A stretch of DNA of 64,000 nucleotides, taken from contig CAVXLF010000020.1 of assembly GCA_963762585.1 (NCBI GenBank), positions 33,913 to 97,912 on the forward strand. The letters run 5' to 3'. The notes beneath the pieces are model-generated. The model did not search any database. It saw only the letters and a program-made list of their open reading frames with translations, and was not told the origin of the DNA. Source of the DNA: an uncultured Verrucomicrobiae bacterium (lineage in GTDB: Bacteria; Verrucomicrobiota; Verrucomicrobiia; Limisphaerales; UBA11358). The number at the start of each line of letters is the position of its first letter. Within the stretch, counting starts at the first letter, position 1. Both the position numbers and the translations under genes were made by a program. Of the stretch, positions 19,040 through 29,567 are shown piece by piece.

Positions 19040-19841
19040 TCAAATCTTTACCACGTGTTTCTGGCGTTGGCTGAACCGGCAACATTCCCGGTAACCGACG
19101 CTGTGTGCCAATTGGATGGCTTCGGTGAAGTTCATTCCCACCTCCTCCGGCGCGTGGGCGTCGGAGCCGAAGGTGATCGGCACGCCGGTTTGAAACGCAA
19201 GCTGGAGGATTTTGCGGCTCGGATAGATTTCCCGGCAATCCTTCCGCAGGCCGGCGGTGTTGAGTTCAATGGCGCACCGGTGTTTTTTGGCCGCGTCCAG
19301 AAACGCCTGGTAATGCGGCGTGTAATCATTGCGGTGGTTGGTGCCCGAATTTTTTCGGCAAATCGGCGTGGCCAATGATTTCAAAAAGGCCGGTTTCCGC
19401 CGCCGCCGTCAGCCGTTCGAAATAAACCGTCCAGACTTCGCCGGCGTCGCGGTGTTTCCACTCGGACAGTTTTTGCGGGTCGTCAATGGCCCACGAATCG
19501 GAGACATAATGCACCGACCCGATGAAATAATCCCACGGATGCCGCGCCGCGAGGCCGCGAATCCAGTCTTCGTAACCGGGCAGATAATCCACTTCCAGCG
19601 CAAGCCGGATGGCCAATTGCGGAAAATCCTTTTGCACCTGGCGGACTTTGGCGACGTACTCATCGAGTTTGTCGTCGTTCATCCGCCAATTGTCGAAATC
19701 ATCCTGCGGCATCGGCGCGTGATCGGAGAAGCCGATTTCCTGAAGCCCCAGTTCGAGCGCGCGTTTGACGTATTCCTCCGGCTCGCCGCGCGCATGACGG
19801 CAGAGCGGCGTGTGCATGTGGTAATCGGCGGGCAACGACAT
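19040..19841 (-). CDS. PHP-family histidinol-phosphatase (HisJ/HisK-type), split by a frameshift at ~19328
   Basis: DYHMHTPLCRHA, SDHAP, IGSVH, GHADL in one frame; ELNTAG, FGSDAH in the other. Confidence 0.85.
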
Positions 19842-19847
19842 GCGCTG

Positions 19848-19878
19848 AGTTTCAAGTTTCAAGTTTCAAGTTTCAAGT
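19848..19878. repeat. Heptamer tandem repeat (AGTTTCA)4
   Basis: Four exact copies between divergent genes. Confidence 0.9.
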
Positions 19879-19892
19879 GTTGAATACGAACA

Positions 19893-20496
19893 ATGACAGA
19901 CGAAAAAGCCATCGAACGATTCCGCCTCTTTGTGGCAATTCCCGTTCCGGACCAGGTCCGGGAAGAAATGATTGGCATTCAAAGCGAATTACGATTGCTG
20001 GCGCCCCCGGGCGTCGGTCCGCTGGGCCAGGCCGGAGCAGTTTCATCTCACCCTCCGGTTTCTCGGTGACGTTTCGTCTGATCGCATGGCGGCTTTGCGG
20101 GAGGCGGTCCGCGCGGTTTGTTCCGGAGCGCCGAGGTTGTCCTTGCGTGCGCGAGGCATCGGTTTGTTTCCCAATGCCCATTCGCCGCGGGTCATTTGGG
20201 TTGGAATCAATGACAGCGTCCCTTTGACCGATTTGCAGAGCCAAATTGAACAGGCGGTTCGTCCGTTTGCAACCGGGCCGGGCGGGGAACATTTTGCCGG
20301 GCACGTGACCTTGGGGCGTTTCAAACCGTTCAAAGGACCGGGAATCGTGGAATTAGCGGCCCGGGTGGCAGCCATGAGAGACAGGATATTTGGTGAATGG
20401 ACGGCGCAGAAAATCGAAATCATTCGGAGCGAATTATCGTCGTCCGGGGCGCGCTATACCACACTCGCGGCGTTCCCGTTGGGCGCGGAAAATTGA
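19893..20496 (+). CDS. thpR: RNA 2',3'-cyclic phosphodiesterase (2H family), split by a frameshift at ~20014
   Basis: MTDEKAIERFRLFVAIPVP from ATG 19893, then +1 shift into VRWARPEQFHLTLRFLG...GHVTLGR (two HxT motifs). Confidence 0.85.
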
Positions 20497-20541
20497 ACTG
20501 TTTTGAAACATTCTTAGTCTTACTTACGTCTATCAGAACGT

Positions 20542-22025
20542 ATGCTTAAGGCGCTATCAGCGGGTCGCTGGGATTACGACACGGCGGCGCATTTGTTGAA
20601 CCGGGCCGGGTTCGGCGGCCCGCCGTCGGTCATTCAAAGCCTGGCTGACCTCGATCCCGACGCGGCGCTTTCCACCCTGCTCGATTACGAACGTTACGCC
20701 GACCCGACGCCCGCTCCAGTCTGGGCCAAGCCCGACCCGGACGGGGTGAGGCAAATGCGTGACACAGCCAGAAACGCGACCTCGGACGAGCGGCGCAAGT
20801 TGTTCCAGCAGGAAATGCGCGTTCAATATCAGCGGCTGATGGAACTGCGCGGCTGGTGGCTGAATCGCATGGTGAAGGGGCCGCGGCCGTTTCAGGAAAA
20901 AATGGTGTTGTTCTGGCACGGCCATTTCGCCACCAGCTTCGACAAGGTGCGCAATGCCTATTACATGTGGCGGCAGAACGAGTTGTTCCGCCGCCTGGCA
21001 ACCGGCAACTGGCAGGAGCTGCTCACATTTGCCGGCAAGGACCCGGCGATGCTCATCTGGCTGGATCAGGCGGAAAGCCGGCGGCCGCATGCGAATGAAA
21101 ATTTCGCCCGCGAAGTCATGGAGTTGTTCTCGCTCGGCATCGGCAATTACACCGAGACGGACGTGACCGAGGGCGCGCGGGCGTTGACCGGCTGGTCGCT
21201 GGACCGGCTGAATCAGGAATTTATTTACCGCCCGGTTTTTCACGATAACGGCGCAAAAAATTTCTGGGCCGCACCGGCAATCTCGATGGCGACGACGTGA
21301 TCGCGCAAATCGTGGCCCAACCGGCGTCCGCGCGGTTCATCACCGCCAAGCTGTGGAATTATTTCGCGGGCCAGGCGCCGTCCGAGGAATTGAACGACGC
21401 GCTGGCGGGTGTTTTGCGGGACAACGAAAACAATTTCAAACCGTTCCTGCGCGTCATGTTCCGCAGCGAGGAATTTTACGACCCCGCCATCGTCCGCAAC
21501 CAGGTGAAAAGTCCCGTGCAATGGCTGGTTGGCACCGCGCGCATGCTGGAATCTGATTTGCCGCCAACGCTGGTTTGCGAAGGCATCACGCGCCGGCTGG
21601 GGCAGGATTTGTTCGCGCCGCCCAACGTCAAGGGCTGGGACGGCGGCATCTCCTGGATCACCACCACCACCTTGCTGGACCGTTACAATACGGCGGCCAT
21701 TCTGGTGCAAGGCGCGGAGGTGCCCAAGGCGCGGCTGGATGCGATGCAGGCAATGGCCCCCATGGATGGCAACCCGCCGGAAGCGCAGGGGGAACGGGTC
21801 CACATCGGCGGCGTTAACGTGGATAAAATCCTTTCACCGGATGAACGCGCGGACAAGGACCGGGTCGTGGCGGCGTTGCAACACCGTCTGCTGCAATCGG
21901 CGCTCAAGGACGATAAGGAAAAAGCGTTGCGCGACTTTCTCAATGCCCGGGGCAAATTGAATGATGCCGACATCCGGGCGGCCATCCGCCTCGTGATGTG
22001 CACGCCGGAATATCAAGTGACATGA
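20542..22025 (+). CDS. DUF1800 family protein, split by a frameshift at ~21257
   Basis: AHLLNRAGFG, EKMVLFWHGHFATS, NENFAREVMELFSLG, KSPVQW, PPNVKGW, TPEYQ; one extra A restores GAKKFLGRTGNLDGDDVIA. Confidence 0.88.
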
Positions 22026-22031
22026 AAACAT

Positions 22032-22082
22032 GGTAGGGCCGACCTGCTGGTCGGCCAGGACGCGCGGCAGCGCGTCCCTACC
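22032..22082. repeat. GTAG-type REP-like double hairpin
   Basis: GGTAGGG CCGACC-tgct-GGTCGG cca GGACGCG-cggcag-CGCGTCC CTACC. Confidence 0.75.
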
Positions 22083-22093
22083 GGAATAAAAAT

Positions 22094-23431
22094 ATGAAAA
22101 ACGAAATCACCCTCCAAACGCGCCGCCAGTTTTTGCGCACCACCGTGTTGGGCAGCGCGCTGACCTGGACGGTCCCGGCGTTTCTCGCCGACACCTTCAC
22201 CGCCCTGCATGGCGAGGCCGCCGATTCCGCCACCCAAATCGTCACCGGCAAGGACGCGACGATTCTGGTGGTGCTGCAAATGGCCGGCGGCAACGACGGC
22301 ATCAACACCGTCGTGCCTTATACCAACGATGATTACCACAACGCGCGCCCGAAACTCGGCCTCTCGGCGCAACAGGTTTTGAACCTGAACGGCGAAATTG
22401 GATTTCACAACGCGTTGACCGGTTTCAAAAACCTTTACGATTCCGGGCAGCTGGCGGTGGTGCAGGGGGTTGGTTATCCCAACCCGAACCGCTCGCATTT
22501 TCGTTCGACGGAAATCTGGCAGACCGCCAGCGATGCGGACAAGGTGGAAAAATACGGCTGGCTGGGGCGCTATTTCGACAACGCCTGCGCGGGCTGCGAT
22601 CCGACCGTGGGCGTGGACATCGGCGGCCAGACACCGCAATCGTTTTTTGCCCAAACGCCCACCGGCATCAGCCTCGCCAACCCGCAAAGTTACCGGTTCA
22701 TTTCGCCCGGGCGTTTCCGACCCGGGCAGACGGATTTGCTGGAGGAATCCTATGAAAAGTTAAACGAAATCCCGGACGCCGCGTCCGACGTCAATTCCGG
22801 CGGCAGCATTGGCGCGCTGGCTGCCGGCATGCCGCAATCGGGCGGTTCCTCGCTGCATTTCATCGAGCGGACGGCGCTCGATGCACAGGTCAGCTCTGAT
22901 AGAATCCGCGCCATTGTTGCGCGCGTAAAGAATCAGGCGTCTTATCCCACGACCAAGCTGGGCGATAACCTTAAGCTGGTTGCCCAGCTCATCGCCGGCG
23001 GCCTGCCCACACGGGTTTATTACGTCTCACAGGGCGGTTACGACACTCACATCAACCAGGTCGGCACGCAGGACCGGTTGCTCAAGGAAATGGGCGATGC
23101 CGTCAACGCCTTTGTCGGCGACCTGAAGGCGCAGGGCAATTTGCAACGCGTGCTGGTGATGACCTTCAGCGAATTCGGCCGGCGCGTCGCCGAAAACGCC
23201 AGCGGCGGGACGGACCATGGCGCGGCCGCCCCGTTGTTCGTCATCGGCGACAAGGTAAAGGCGGGGTTGCTCGGGCGTTATCCGAGTCTGGCGCCGCAGG
23301 ATTTGTTTGAGGGCGACATCAAATACAACGTGGATTTCCGCAGCGTCTATGCCGGCGTGCTGGAAAACTGGTTGAAGACGAAAAGCGCGCCGATTCTTGG
23401 CCGGCAATTTGAACCGCTGCAAATAGTTTGA
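22094..23431 (+). CDS. DUF1501 family protein (Tat signal)
   Basis: TRRQFLR Tat motif; GGNDGINT, PNRSHFRS, GGYDTH, FSEFGRR, GTDHG. Confidence 0.92.
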   Translation: MKNEITLQTRRQFLRTTVLGSALTWTVPAFLADTFTALHGEAADSATQIVTGKDATILVVLQMAGGNDGINTVVPYTNDDYHNARPKLGLSAQQVLNLNGEIGFHNALTGFKNLYDSGQLAVVQGVGYPNPNRSHFRSTEIWQTASDADKVEKYGWLGRYFDNACAGCDPTVGVDIGGQTPQSFFAQTPTGISLANPQSYRFISPGRFRPGQTDLLEESYEKLNEIPDAASDVNSGGSIGALAAGMPQSGGSSLHFIERTALDAQVSSDRIRAIVARVKNQASYPTTKLGDNLKLVAQLIAGGLPTRVYYVSQGGYDTHINQVGTQDRLLKEMGDAVNAFVGDLKAQGNLQRVLVMTFSEFGRRVAENASGGTDHGAAAPLFVIGDKVKAGLLGRYPSLAPQDLFEGDIKYNVDFRSVYAGVLENWLKTKSAPILGRQFEPLQIV

Positions 23432-23516
23432 TACGTTCAGACGAGTAAACCTCGTCGCCTTTCGTCTTCAACCTTTGGCCTTTCCTTTGCGCCCTGGCTG
23501 GATTTATCGTCTGGCC

Positions 23517-25145
23517 ATGATTTCCAAATCGTTGGCCCGTTTGATGGGATGGCTTTTGTTGTTCTCACCGGTGATAACTTTCGCCGATGTCACCGCTTAC
23601 CCGCCGTACCCGGGCGCGGTGCCGAGTGAATCGTACAAGGTGACGGTGAACGGCCAGCCGGTGTTTGTGAATCGTTTCCTCACCTACGACCAGTTCAATT
23701 GGATGGATTATGCCCGGTTCGCGATGACCGGAAAGGTCCACATTGAGATTACCCACCTGATCAGCGAGCGGAAGGTGATTACCTGTGACGTCAGACCGCT
23801 CGCCTATGGCATCCATCCGAAGATTGACGGCAATACGGTCAGCTTCGACCTGGACCAGCCGCGCAAGCTGATCCTGTTTTTCAATGACGAGCCGCTGTTC
23901 TACAGCACCGGGCTGATGCTGTTTGCCGATCCGCCGGAGCAGAATCCTCCCGGGCTTGGCGACACCAACGTGGTCAACATCATGGACTACCACGTTGACA
24001 ACACTGGTAACACGCTGGATACCACAAACATCAATCAGGCCATCAGCGATGTCTCCGCCCGGCCCGGCGGCGGCGTGCTTTATTTTCCACCCGGCGTTTA
24101 CCTGACGGGCACCGTGTTCGTGAAGAGTAACGTGCAACTTTACGTGGACGCGGGCGCCGTCATTCTTGGCTCGCGCCGGAGTGCGGATTATACCGGAGCG
24201 CCAGCGCCGGCCGGTGGAAGGTCGCTTCGGGCCTTTTTCGTTTTTGACCATGTCGAGAACGCGGGTCTGATGGGGCGCGGCACCATTGATATGCAGGGTT
24301 ACCCGTGGTTGTGGCATGATTTCCAACCCGACACGTCGGATGGAACCGCCCGGGACGCGAGTGGAAAGGTAAACGATCCGCATGGTCCCGGAATCCGCGG
24401 CTACGTGGTCAATGATTGCCGCAACATCACTTTTCAGGATTTGTGCCTCCTCCGGTCCGCTTATTGGACCATTCACGTCATGGGCACCGAGAATTTCACC
24501 ACCCGCAACTTGAAAATCGTCAATCGCAAGCAACAGTACCACGACGATGCCTATGACTTCAGTTCCGACCGGCATATCCGGATTGAAGACGGGTTTGCCA
24601 TGACCATGGACGACACCTGGGCCTTTTACGGCGGCAGGGGTACTGGGACAAACGCGCCCAGCGGGATCGAGGACTTTGTGGTGAAAGGGTTCGTCAATTA
24701 TTCCTACACTTCCTCGCTGGTGCTCGGCTATGGCGGCGCACCGCCGGTCAGGCACGTGCGCCTTGAGGACGTGAACTTCGTCGCCAACCACAACAAGTTC
24801 GCCATCTGGATTCAACTGACGCCGGCATACTTCACCGGACGCGGCTATTCCTCGGGCGCCCGGTTCAGCCGGAACGCGGCCTTGGACGATTTCAAATTCG
24901 TCAACTGCACGTTTGAGAACGACGGCGGACAGATCTACATCGACGGAGGAGATAACCCGTTAACCAATTTTGTTTTCGAGAACTGCACCTTTTACAAGCC
25001 GTTCAAGCCCAGCCTGATGATGGGGAGCAACGTCGCTCCGATTCAGTTTAAACACGTCACCGTCAACGGCGCCGTGGTCCGGAATGCCAGACAGTTGGAG
25101 CAGGCGGGCTTTGATCTTTCCGTCCCCGTCAAGTTCGAGCGGTGA
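23517..25145 (+). CDS. Secreted pectin-lyase-fold (GH28-like) beta-helix carbohydrate-active protein
   Basis: Signal peptide; GGGVLYFPPGVYLTG, LMGRGTID, DDAYD and MDDT acidic motifs. Confidence 0.7.
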   Translation: MISKSLARLMGWLLLFSPVITFADVTAYPPYPGAVPSESYKVTVNGQPVFVNRFLTYDQFNWMDYARFAMTGKVHIEITHLISERKVITCDVRPLAYGIHPKIDGNTVSFDLDQPRKLILFFNDEPLFYSTGLMLFADPPEQNPPGLGDTNVVNIMDYHVDNTGNTLDTTNINQAISDVSARPGGGVLYFPPGVYLTGTVFVKSNVQLYVDAGAVILGSRRSADYTGAPAPAGGRSLRAFFVFDHVENAGLMGRGTIDMQGYPWLWHDFQPDTSDGTARDASGKVNDPHGPGIRGYVVNDCRNITFQDLCLLRSAYWTIHVMGTENFTTRNLKIVNRKQQYHDDAYDFSSDRHIRIEDGFAMTMDDTWAFYGGRGTGTNAPSGIEDFVVKGFVNYSYTSSLVLGYGGAPPVRHVRLEDVNFVANHNKFAIWIQLTPAYFTGRGYSSGARFSRNAALDDFKFVNCTFENDGGQIYIDGGDNPLTNFVFENCTFYKPFKPSLMMGSNVAPIQFKHVTVNGAVVRNARQLEQAGFDLSVPVKFER

Positions 25146-25160
25146 GCCAATCGTAAGATG

Positions 25161-26204
25161 CTAATTGCCCGCTCCCGGCGTGGCGTCAGGGGTAACGGCT
25201 TTCGGCGGCGCGGTGCTTTTGCGTTCGATGAGTTCAGCGGACAAACGTTTGGTTTCAACTGGTTGACCGCGAAGCAGGGTGGTCATCAAGTCCATCGCCG
25301 CCATGGCGAGCCGGAATTTGGGCTGGCGGATGGTGGTCAGGGGCACGCGGAAATACTCCGACGTCAGCACGTTGCCGAAGCCGACGATGGAAATGTCCTC
25401 GGGAATCCGCAGGCCCTGGGAGAGCAGCGTTTCGGCACAGCCGATGGCCACGAGATCGTTGACCGCCTGCACGGCGGTGGCCTTGCAGGATTCGTTGAGC
25501 ATTTGCAAGGCGGCCTTGGTGCCGTCTTCAATCGTGCTGCCGGCTTGAAACACCTGCCGGTCGTCCACGTCCAATCCGGCTTCGCGCAGCGCGCGGCGGT
25601 AGCCCTCGAACCGGTCATGCGCCCACGGCGCCGATTGCGGGCCGGTGAGATAGGCGATGCGTTTGTGGCCGAGCTGGAGCAGATGCTGGGTGGCGCTGGC
25701 ACTCGCGTTGAGTTCCTCGATTTCCACGCTGGGAAACGATTTGCAAAACGGCGCGGGCGGCCCAAGCAGCACCGTCGGGATTTTGCGCGCAGCCAGCTCC
25801 ACGTAAATCCGCGCCTCGGCTTCAAAACGATAAACGGGCGAAATGAAAAATCCGTCCACGCGCCGTGACATCAGGCGCCGGATGCAGGTTTCTTCACGCG
25901 CCGGCAGGTTGTGCGTATGCGCGAGCAGGATGTCATAGCCCAGTTCATGGGCGCGCTCTTCGATGGCGAAAACGATGCGCGCGTAAATGGGGTTCGTGAT
26001 GGAGGGGATGACCAGGCCGAACAATTTGGTGGTGCGGGTGCGCAAGCCCTGCGCCGAGGAATCCGGCACGTAACCCATTTGCTGCGCGAGTTGCTTGATG
26101 CGCGCCTTGGTGGCCGCGGAAACGTCCGGCTCGTTGCGCAACGCCTTCGAGACGGTCATCACGGAAACGCCGGCGAATTGGGCAATGTCCTTGAGTCGAA
26201 CCAT
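25161..26204 (-). CDS. LacI family transcriptional regulator
   Basis: LKDIAQFAGVSVMTVSKAL HTH; IPEDISIVGF, PLTTIRQP. Confidence 0.95.
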   Translation of the reverse strand: MVRLKDIAQFAGVSVMTVSKALRNEPDVSAATKARIKQLAQQMGYVPDSSAQGLRTRTTKLFGLVIPSITNPIYARIVFAIEERAHELGYDILLAHTHNLPAREETCIRRLMSRRVDGFFISPVYRFEAEARIYVELAARKIPTVLLGPPAPFCKSFPSVEIEELNASASATQHLLQLGHKRIAYLTGPQSAPWAHDRFEGYRRALREAGLDVDDRQVFQAGSTIEDGTKAALQMLNESCKATAVQAVNDLVAIGCAETLLSQGLRIPEDISIVGFGNVLTSEYFRVPLTTIRQPKFRLAMAAMDLMTTLLRGQPVETKRLSAELIERKSTAPPKAVTPDATPGAGN

Positions 26205-26285
26205 AATCAGAAGGCGGAATTAAACCCGATTCCGTAAAGGGTTCTGAATGTTTCTTCAGGCTTCATGGTTAATTTGTCCGTGGGC

Positions 26286-27128
26286 TCAAACATAGGCGCC
26301 GCGCCATTGCAGTTTGCGGCGCAGGGTGTCCAGAAACGAACTGTTCGCCAGGTGCATCAACCGGACGGCGCGGCGGCTGCGACGAATCGTCACGGTGTCG
26401 CCTGCGTCCAGTTCGGCGACCACCTGGCCGTCCACGCTCAAAATCGTGGCGGGCGCCGGGTTGATGGCCTTGACGCGGATGACCGAGCTGAGCGGTAAAA
26501 TGATGGGCCGGTTGGAGAGCGCGTGCGGACAAATCGGCGTGAGCGCAAACACGTCCGCCGTCGGGAAAATCACGGCGCCACCCGCCGACAACGAATAGGC
26601 CGTGGACCCGGTCGGCGAGCTGATGATGAGGCCGTCGCAGCGATAATGGGTCACGAGCTCGCCGTCCACGCTGACGTCCAATCCGATCAGGCGCGAAACC
26701 GCGCCGCGCCCGACGACGATGTCGTTCAACGCCATTTCACGAACGGGCTGGCCGAGGCAACGTCCGCTCACCTCGATCAGGGCGCGGGATTCATATTTGA
26801 ATTCGCCGTTCCAAATGTGATTCAAGGCGCGGGCCAGTCCGGCCGACGGGACGGCGGTGAGAAAGCCGAGGCCGCCGATGTTGATGCCGAGCAGGGGAGT
26901 GGCGGAACCGGCGAGGTCGCGCGCGGCGCGCAACATGGTGCCGTCGCCGCCGAACACCAGCAGCAAATCCACCTCGTGCGCCAGGGCGGCGGTGTCCGGG
27001 TTGAGGATGGCCTGGCGTCCGGCGCGGGCGATCAAGCGCGCGGCCTTGCGGAGAATGCCGGCGCAGCCGGCCTTGTCGGAATTACCGATGAGGCCGATGC
27101 GGGTTATTTTGTCAGACCGTTTTTTCAA
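26286..27128 (-). CDS. nadK: NAD(+) kinase
   Basis: GGDGTML, GINIGGLGFL, LND, DGLIISSPTGSTAYSLSAGG. Confidence 0.95.
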   Translation of the reverse strand: MKKRSDKITRIGLIGNSDKAGCAGILRKAARLIARAGRQAILNPDTAALAHEVDLLLVFGGDGTMLRAARDLAGSATPLLGINIGGLGFLTAVPSAGLARALNHIWNGEFKYESRALIEVSGRCLGQPVREMALNDIVVGRGAVSRLIGLDVSVDGELVTHYRCDGLIISSPTGSTAYSLSAGGAVIFPTADVFALTPICPHALSNRPIILPLSSVIRVKAINPAPATILSVDGQVVAELDAGDTVTIRRSRRAVRLMHLANSSFLDTLRRKLQWRGAYV

Positions 27129-27855
27129 TCAACACCAAAAATTCCTTGTTGCCGGCGGGGCCGAGCAATGGTGACTCGGCGACGCCACGCCATTCCCAAC
27201 CCGGCTGCGCGGCGGCGAATTCGCGCAGTTCGTTCAGCACGCGCTCATGGATCGACGGGTCGGTGATGACCCCGCGGCCCCGGTCGGCCTCGGTCCTGCC
27301 CGCCTCAAACTGCGGTTTGACGAGCGCGACAATTTTGCCGTTTGGCTTCAATAAAGCAATGGCGGCGGGCAAGATTTTTTGCAGGGAAATGAAGGAGCAA
27401 TCAATCACCGCCAGATTGGCGGCGGTGAACGGTTGGGGAAATTGCGCGGCGGTCAGATGGCGCGCGTTGGTTTTTTCCATCACCACGACGCGGCGGTCCT
27501 GCCGGAGCTTCCACGCGAACTGGCCCTGGCCGACATCCACGGCAAAGACCTTCGCGGCGCCGTGCTGGAGCAGGCAGTCGGTAAAGCCGCCGGTGGACGC
27601 GCCGAGGTCGAGGGCCACCAGTCCGGCCACGTCCAGTTGGAAATGGCGCAGGGCGTGTTCGAGCTTGTGGCCGCCGCGGCTGACGTATTTTTCGCCGGCT
27701 TCCAGCGCAAGGGTGTCATTGGGTTGCACGGAGTCGCTGGGTTTGTGCGCACGTTGGGCGTTGACGCGGACCTGTCCGGCAAGGATGGCGCGTTTGGCGC
27801 GTTCGCGGCTTTCGCAAAGGCCGCGATCAACCAGGGCTTGGTCGAGGCGGGTCAT
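27112..27855 (-). CDS. tlyA: TlyA family rRNA methyltransferase
   Basis: RLDQALV S4 domain, YVSRGGHKL, DLGASTGGFTD, KPQFE, GNKEF. Confidence 0.95.
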   Translation of the reverse strand: MTRLDQALVDRGLCESRERAKRAILAGQVRVNAQRAHKPSDSVQPNDTLALEAGEKYVSRGGHKLEHALRHFQLDVAGLVALDLGASTGGFTDCLLQHGAAKVFAVDVGQGQFAWKLRQDRRVVVMEKTNARHLTAAQFPQPFTAANLAVIDCSFISLQKILPAAIALLKPNGKIVALVKPQFEAGRTEADRGRGVITDPSIHERVLNELREFAAAQPGWEWRGVAESPLLGPAGNKEFLVLIEKTV

Positions 27856-27893
27856 GAACGATGCGGCGGAAAATTATCAGACCCCGAAGGGCA

Positions 27894-28367
27894 TCACAAG
27901 CGATTGCCGGTGGTGTACAGGCGGTTTTGGACCTCCCGGAAGCTGTGGAGGAAGAGCGCGTTGTCCGCCACGGCCTTTTCGACGAGCTGTTTGAGCAGGA
28001 ACATTTCGGAACTGTTGATGACCGCATGCACGCTTTGCTTGAAGGCTTCCATGGGCATGAAGGTCTGGAACGATGTGCCGAGCAGAATGGTGGTGGCGTG
28101 GCGGCGCTGGTTGACCGGCATGTTTTGCAGCGCCTGCAAGGTCAGGTTTTCCTCAATGGTATTGGCGCCGAACAATTCCTCGATGACGACCACGTGATAG
28201 CGCACCTGGGTAAAACGCACCAGAAAATCGCTGTGGGTCGCGGCGGTATGGACCTTGTAGCCAATCTCGCTCAGGGCGGTCTTGGCGGATTCCAGCCATT
28301 CCGGCGTGGAAAAGGCAATCAACGCCGGTTTGTCCTCGGAACTGATAAAATCAAAAGAGCCAGGCAT
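27894..28367 (-). CDS. Hypothetical protein, degenerate receiver-like fold, pilT/pilU-linked
   Basis: 157-aa ORF in operon; alternating alpha/beta pattern (IGYKVHTA...YHVVVIEE) without clear phospho-Asp. Confidence 0.6.
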   Translation of the reverse strand: MPGSFDFISSEDKPALIAFSTPEWLESAKTALSEIGYKVHTAATHSDFLVRFTQVRYHVVVIEELFGANTIEENLTLQALQNMPVNQRRHATTILLGTSFQTFMPMEAFKQSVHAVINSSEMFLLKQLVEKAVADNALFLHSFREVQNRLYTTGNRL

Positions 28368-28370
28368 AGG

Positions 28371-29567
28371 TCATTTTAGTTTGAGCACCGGAGGTGCCGA
28401 GGAATGTTCGGATGATGTTTTCATGCGCAGGGTGCCTGCCGAGTTGCTCATCTCGCCGCGGACCTTCTTGATGTTATCAATGCCGCGCGTCACCACACTG
28501 CGTTTGGTGCAATAGAGCATCGCGGTTTCCTCGGTGATGAAGCCCCGCTCGAATGCCTCCATGCAGGCCTGGTCAAAAGTACGCCAGCCGAAGGGCGCGC
28601 TGGCCTCGATGATTTCGTAGAAAGTCTTGCCTTCGCTTTCGCCGAGGCGGATGGCCTCCTGGGTGCGGAGATTGGAGCCCATCATTTCGATGAGGGGATA
28701 CCGCCCGCCGCCGGTTTTGGGCACCAGCCGCTGGCTGACCACCCAGCGCAATGAATCGGCCAGGCGGATGCGAATTTGTTCCTGCTCCTCCGGATCGAAC
28801 ATGCCGAGGATGCGGTTGATGGTTTCACCGGCGTTGATGGTGTGCAGCGTGCTGAGGACCAGATGGCCGGTTTCCGCCGCGCTCAGGGCGATTTTAACGG
28901 TCTCCTGGTCGCGCATTTCACCGACCAGAATGACCTTGGGCGCCTGGCGCAACGCGGCCCGCAGGCCGTTGGCGTAACTGTCGAAATCAATGCCCAACTC
29001 ACGTTGGTTGAAAGTGGCCATCTCGTGTTTATGAACATATTCGACCGGATCTTCCAAGGTGACGATATGAACCGGTTTGGCACAGTTAATCTCGTTAAGA
29101 ATGGCGGCCAGGGTCGTGGATTTGCCGGAACCGGTTGCGCCGGTGACCAGCACCAGGCCGGTTTTTTCCTGCGGGATGTCCTTGAAGAGCTCGGTGAATT
29201 TCAATTTTTCCAGCGTCGGAATCACCGCGTTCAACTGGCGGCAAACAATCGAAAAATTTCCACGTTGGGAGAAAATGTTGATCCGGAAGCGCGCCTGGTC
29301 CGAAAGGGCATAGGAAGCGTCACAGGAACCATGTCGCAGCAAATCTTCAATGTGCCAGAGATTGTCCCCGATGAAGTTCAGGACAATCGTTTCCACCTGG
29401 TAAGGCGTGAGTTTCGCAATGGGCGGATCGAGCACCACCGGCTTGAGTTCGCCGTAGGCCTCAACCTGGGGCGGGCGGTCCACGGTGAATAGCAGGTCTG
29501 ACACTTCCGGCTGGGAAGCCAGCATGGTGGTCAGCATTTGGTCCAGTTCGGCGCGTCGCATACTCAA
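28371..29567 (-). CDS. pilU: PilT/PilU family pilus retraction ATPase (second paralog)
   Basis: GATGSGKSTT, TLEDPVE, ALRQAP, GEMRD, TGHLVLSTLH. Confidence 0.8.
   Translation of the reverse strand: MSMRRAELDQMLTTMLASQPEVSDLLFTVDRPPQVEAYGELKPVVLDPPIAKLTPYQVETIVLNFIGDNLWHIEDLLRHGSCDASYALSDQARFRINIFSQRGNFSIVCRQLNAVIPTLEKLKFTELFKDIPQEKTGLVLVTGATGSGKSTTLAAILNEINCAKPVHIVTLEDPVEYVHKHEMATFNQRELGIDFDSYANGLRAALRQAPKVILVGEMRDQETVKIALSAAETGHLVLSTLHTINAGETINRILGMFDPEEQEQIRIRLADSLRWVVSQRLVPKTGGGRYPLIEMMGSNLRTQEAIRLGESEGKTFYEIIEASAPFGWRTFDQACMEAFERGFITEETAMLYCTKRSVVTRGIDNIKKVRGEMSNSAGTLRMKTSSEHSSAPPVLKLK

Noticed and set aside
23476..23490. Sigma-54-like TGGCCTTTCCTTTGC upstream of the GH28-like gene
   Set aside because: TATCGT-N6-ATG leaderless-type signal explains the start equally well; the match may be chance
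26960..27030. Short N-terminal loop in NadK
   Set aside because: This region is length-variable in NAD kinases and all catalytic motifs are intact
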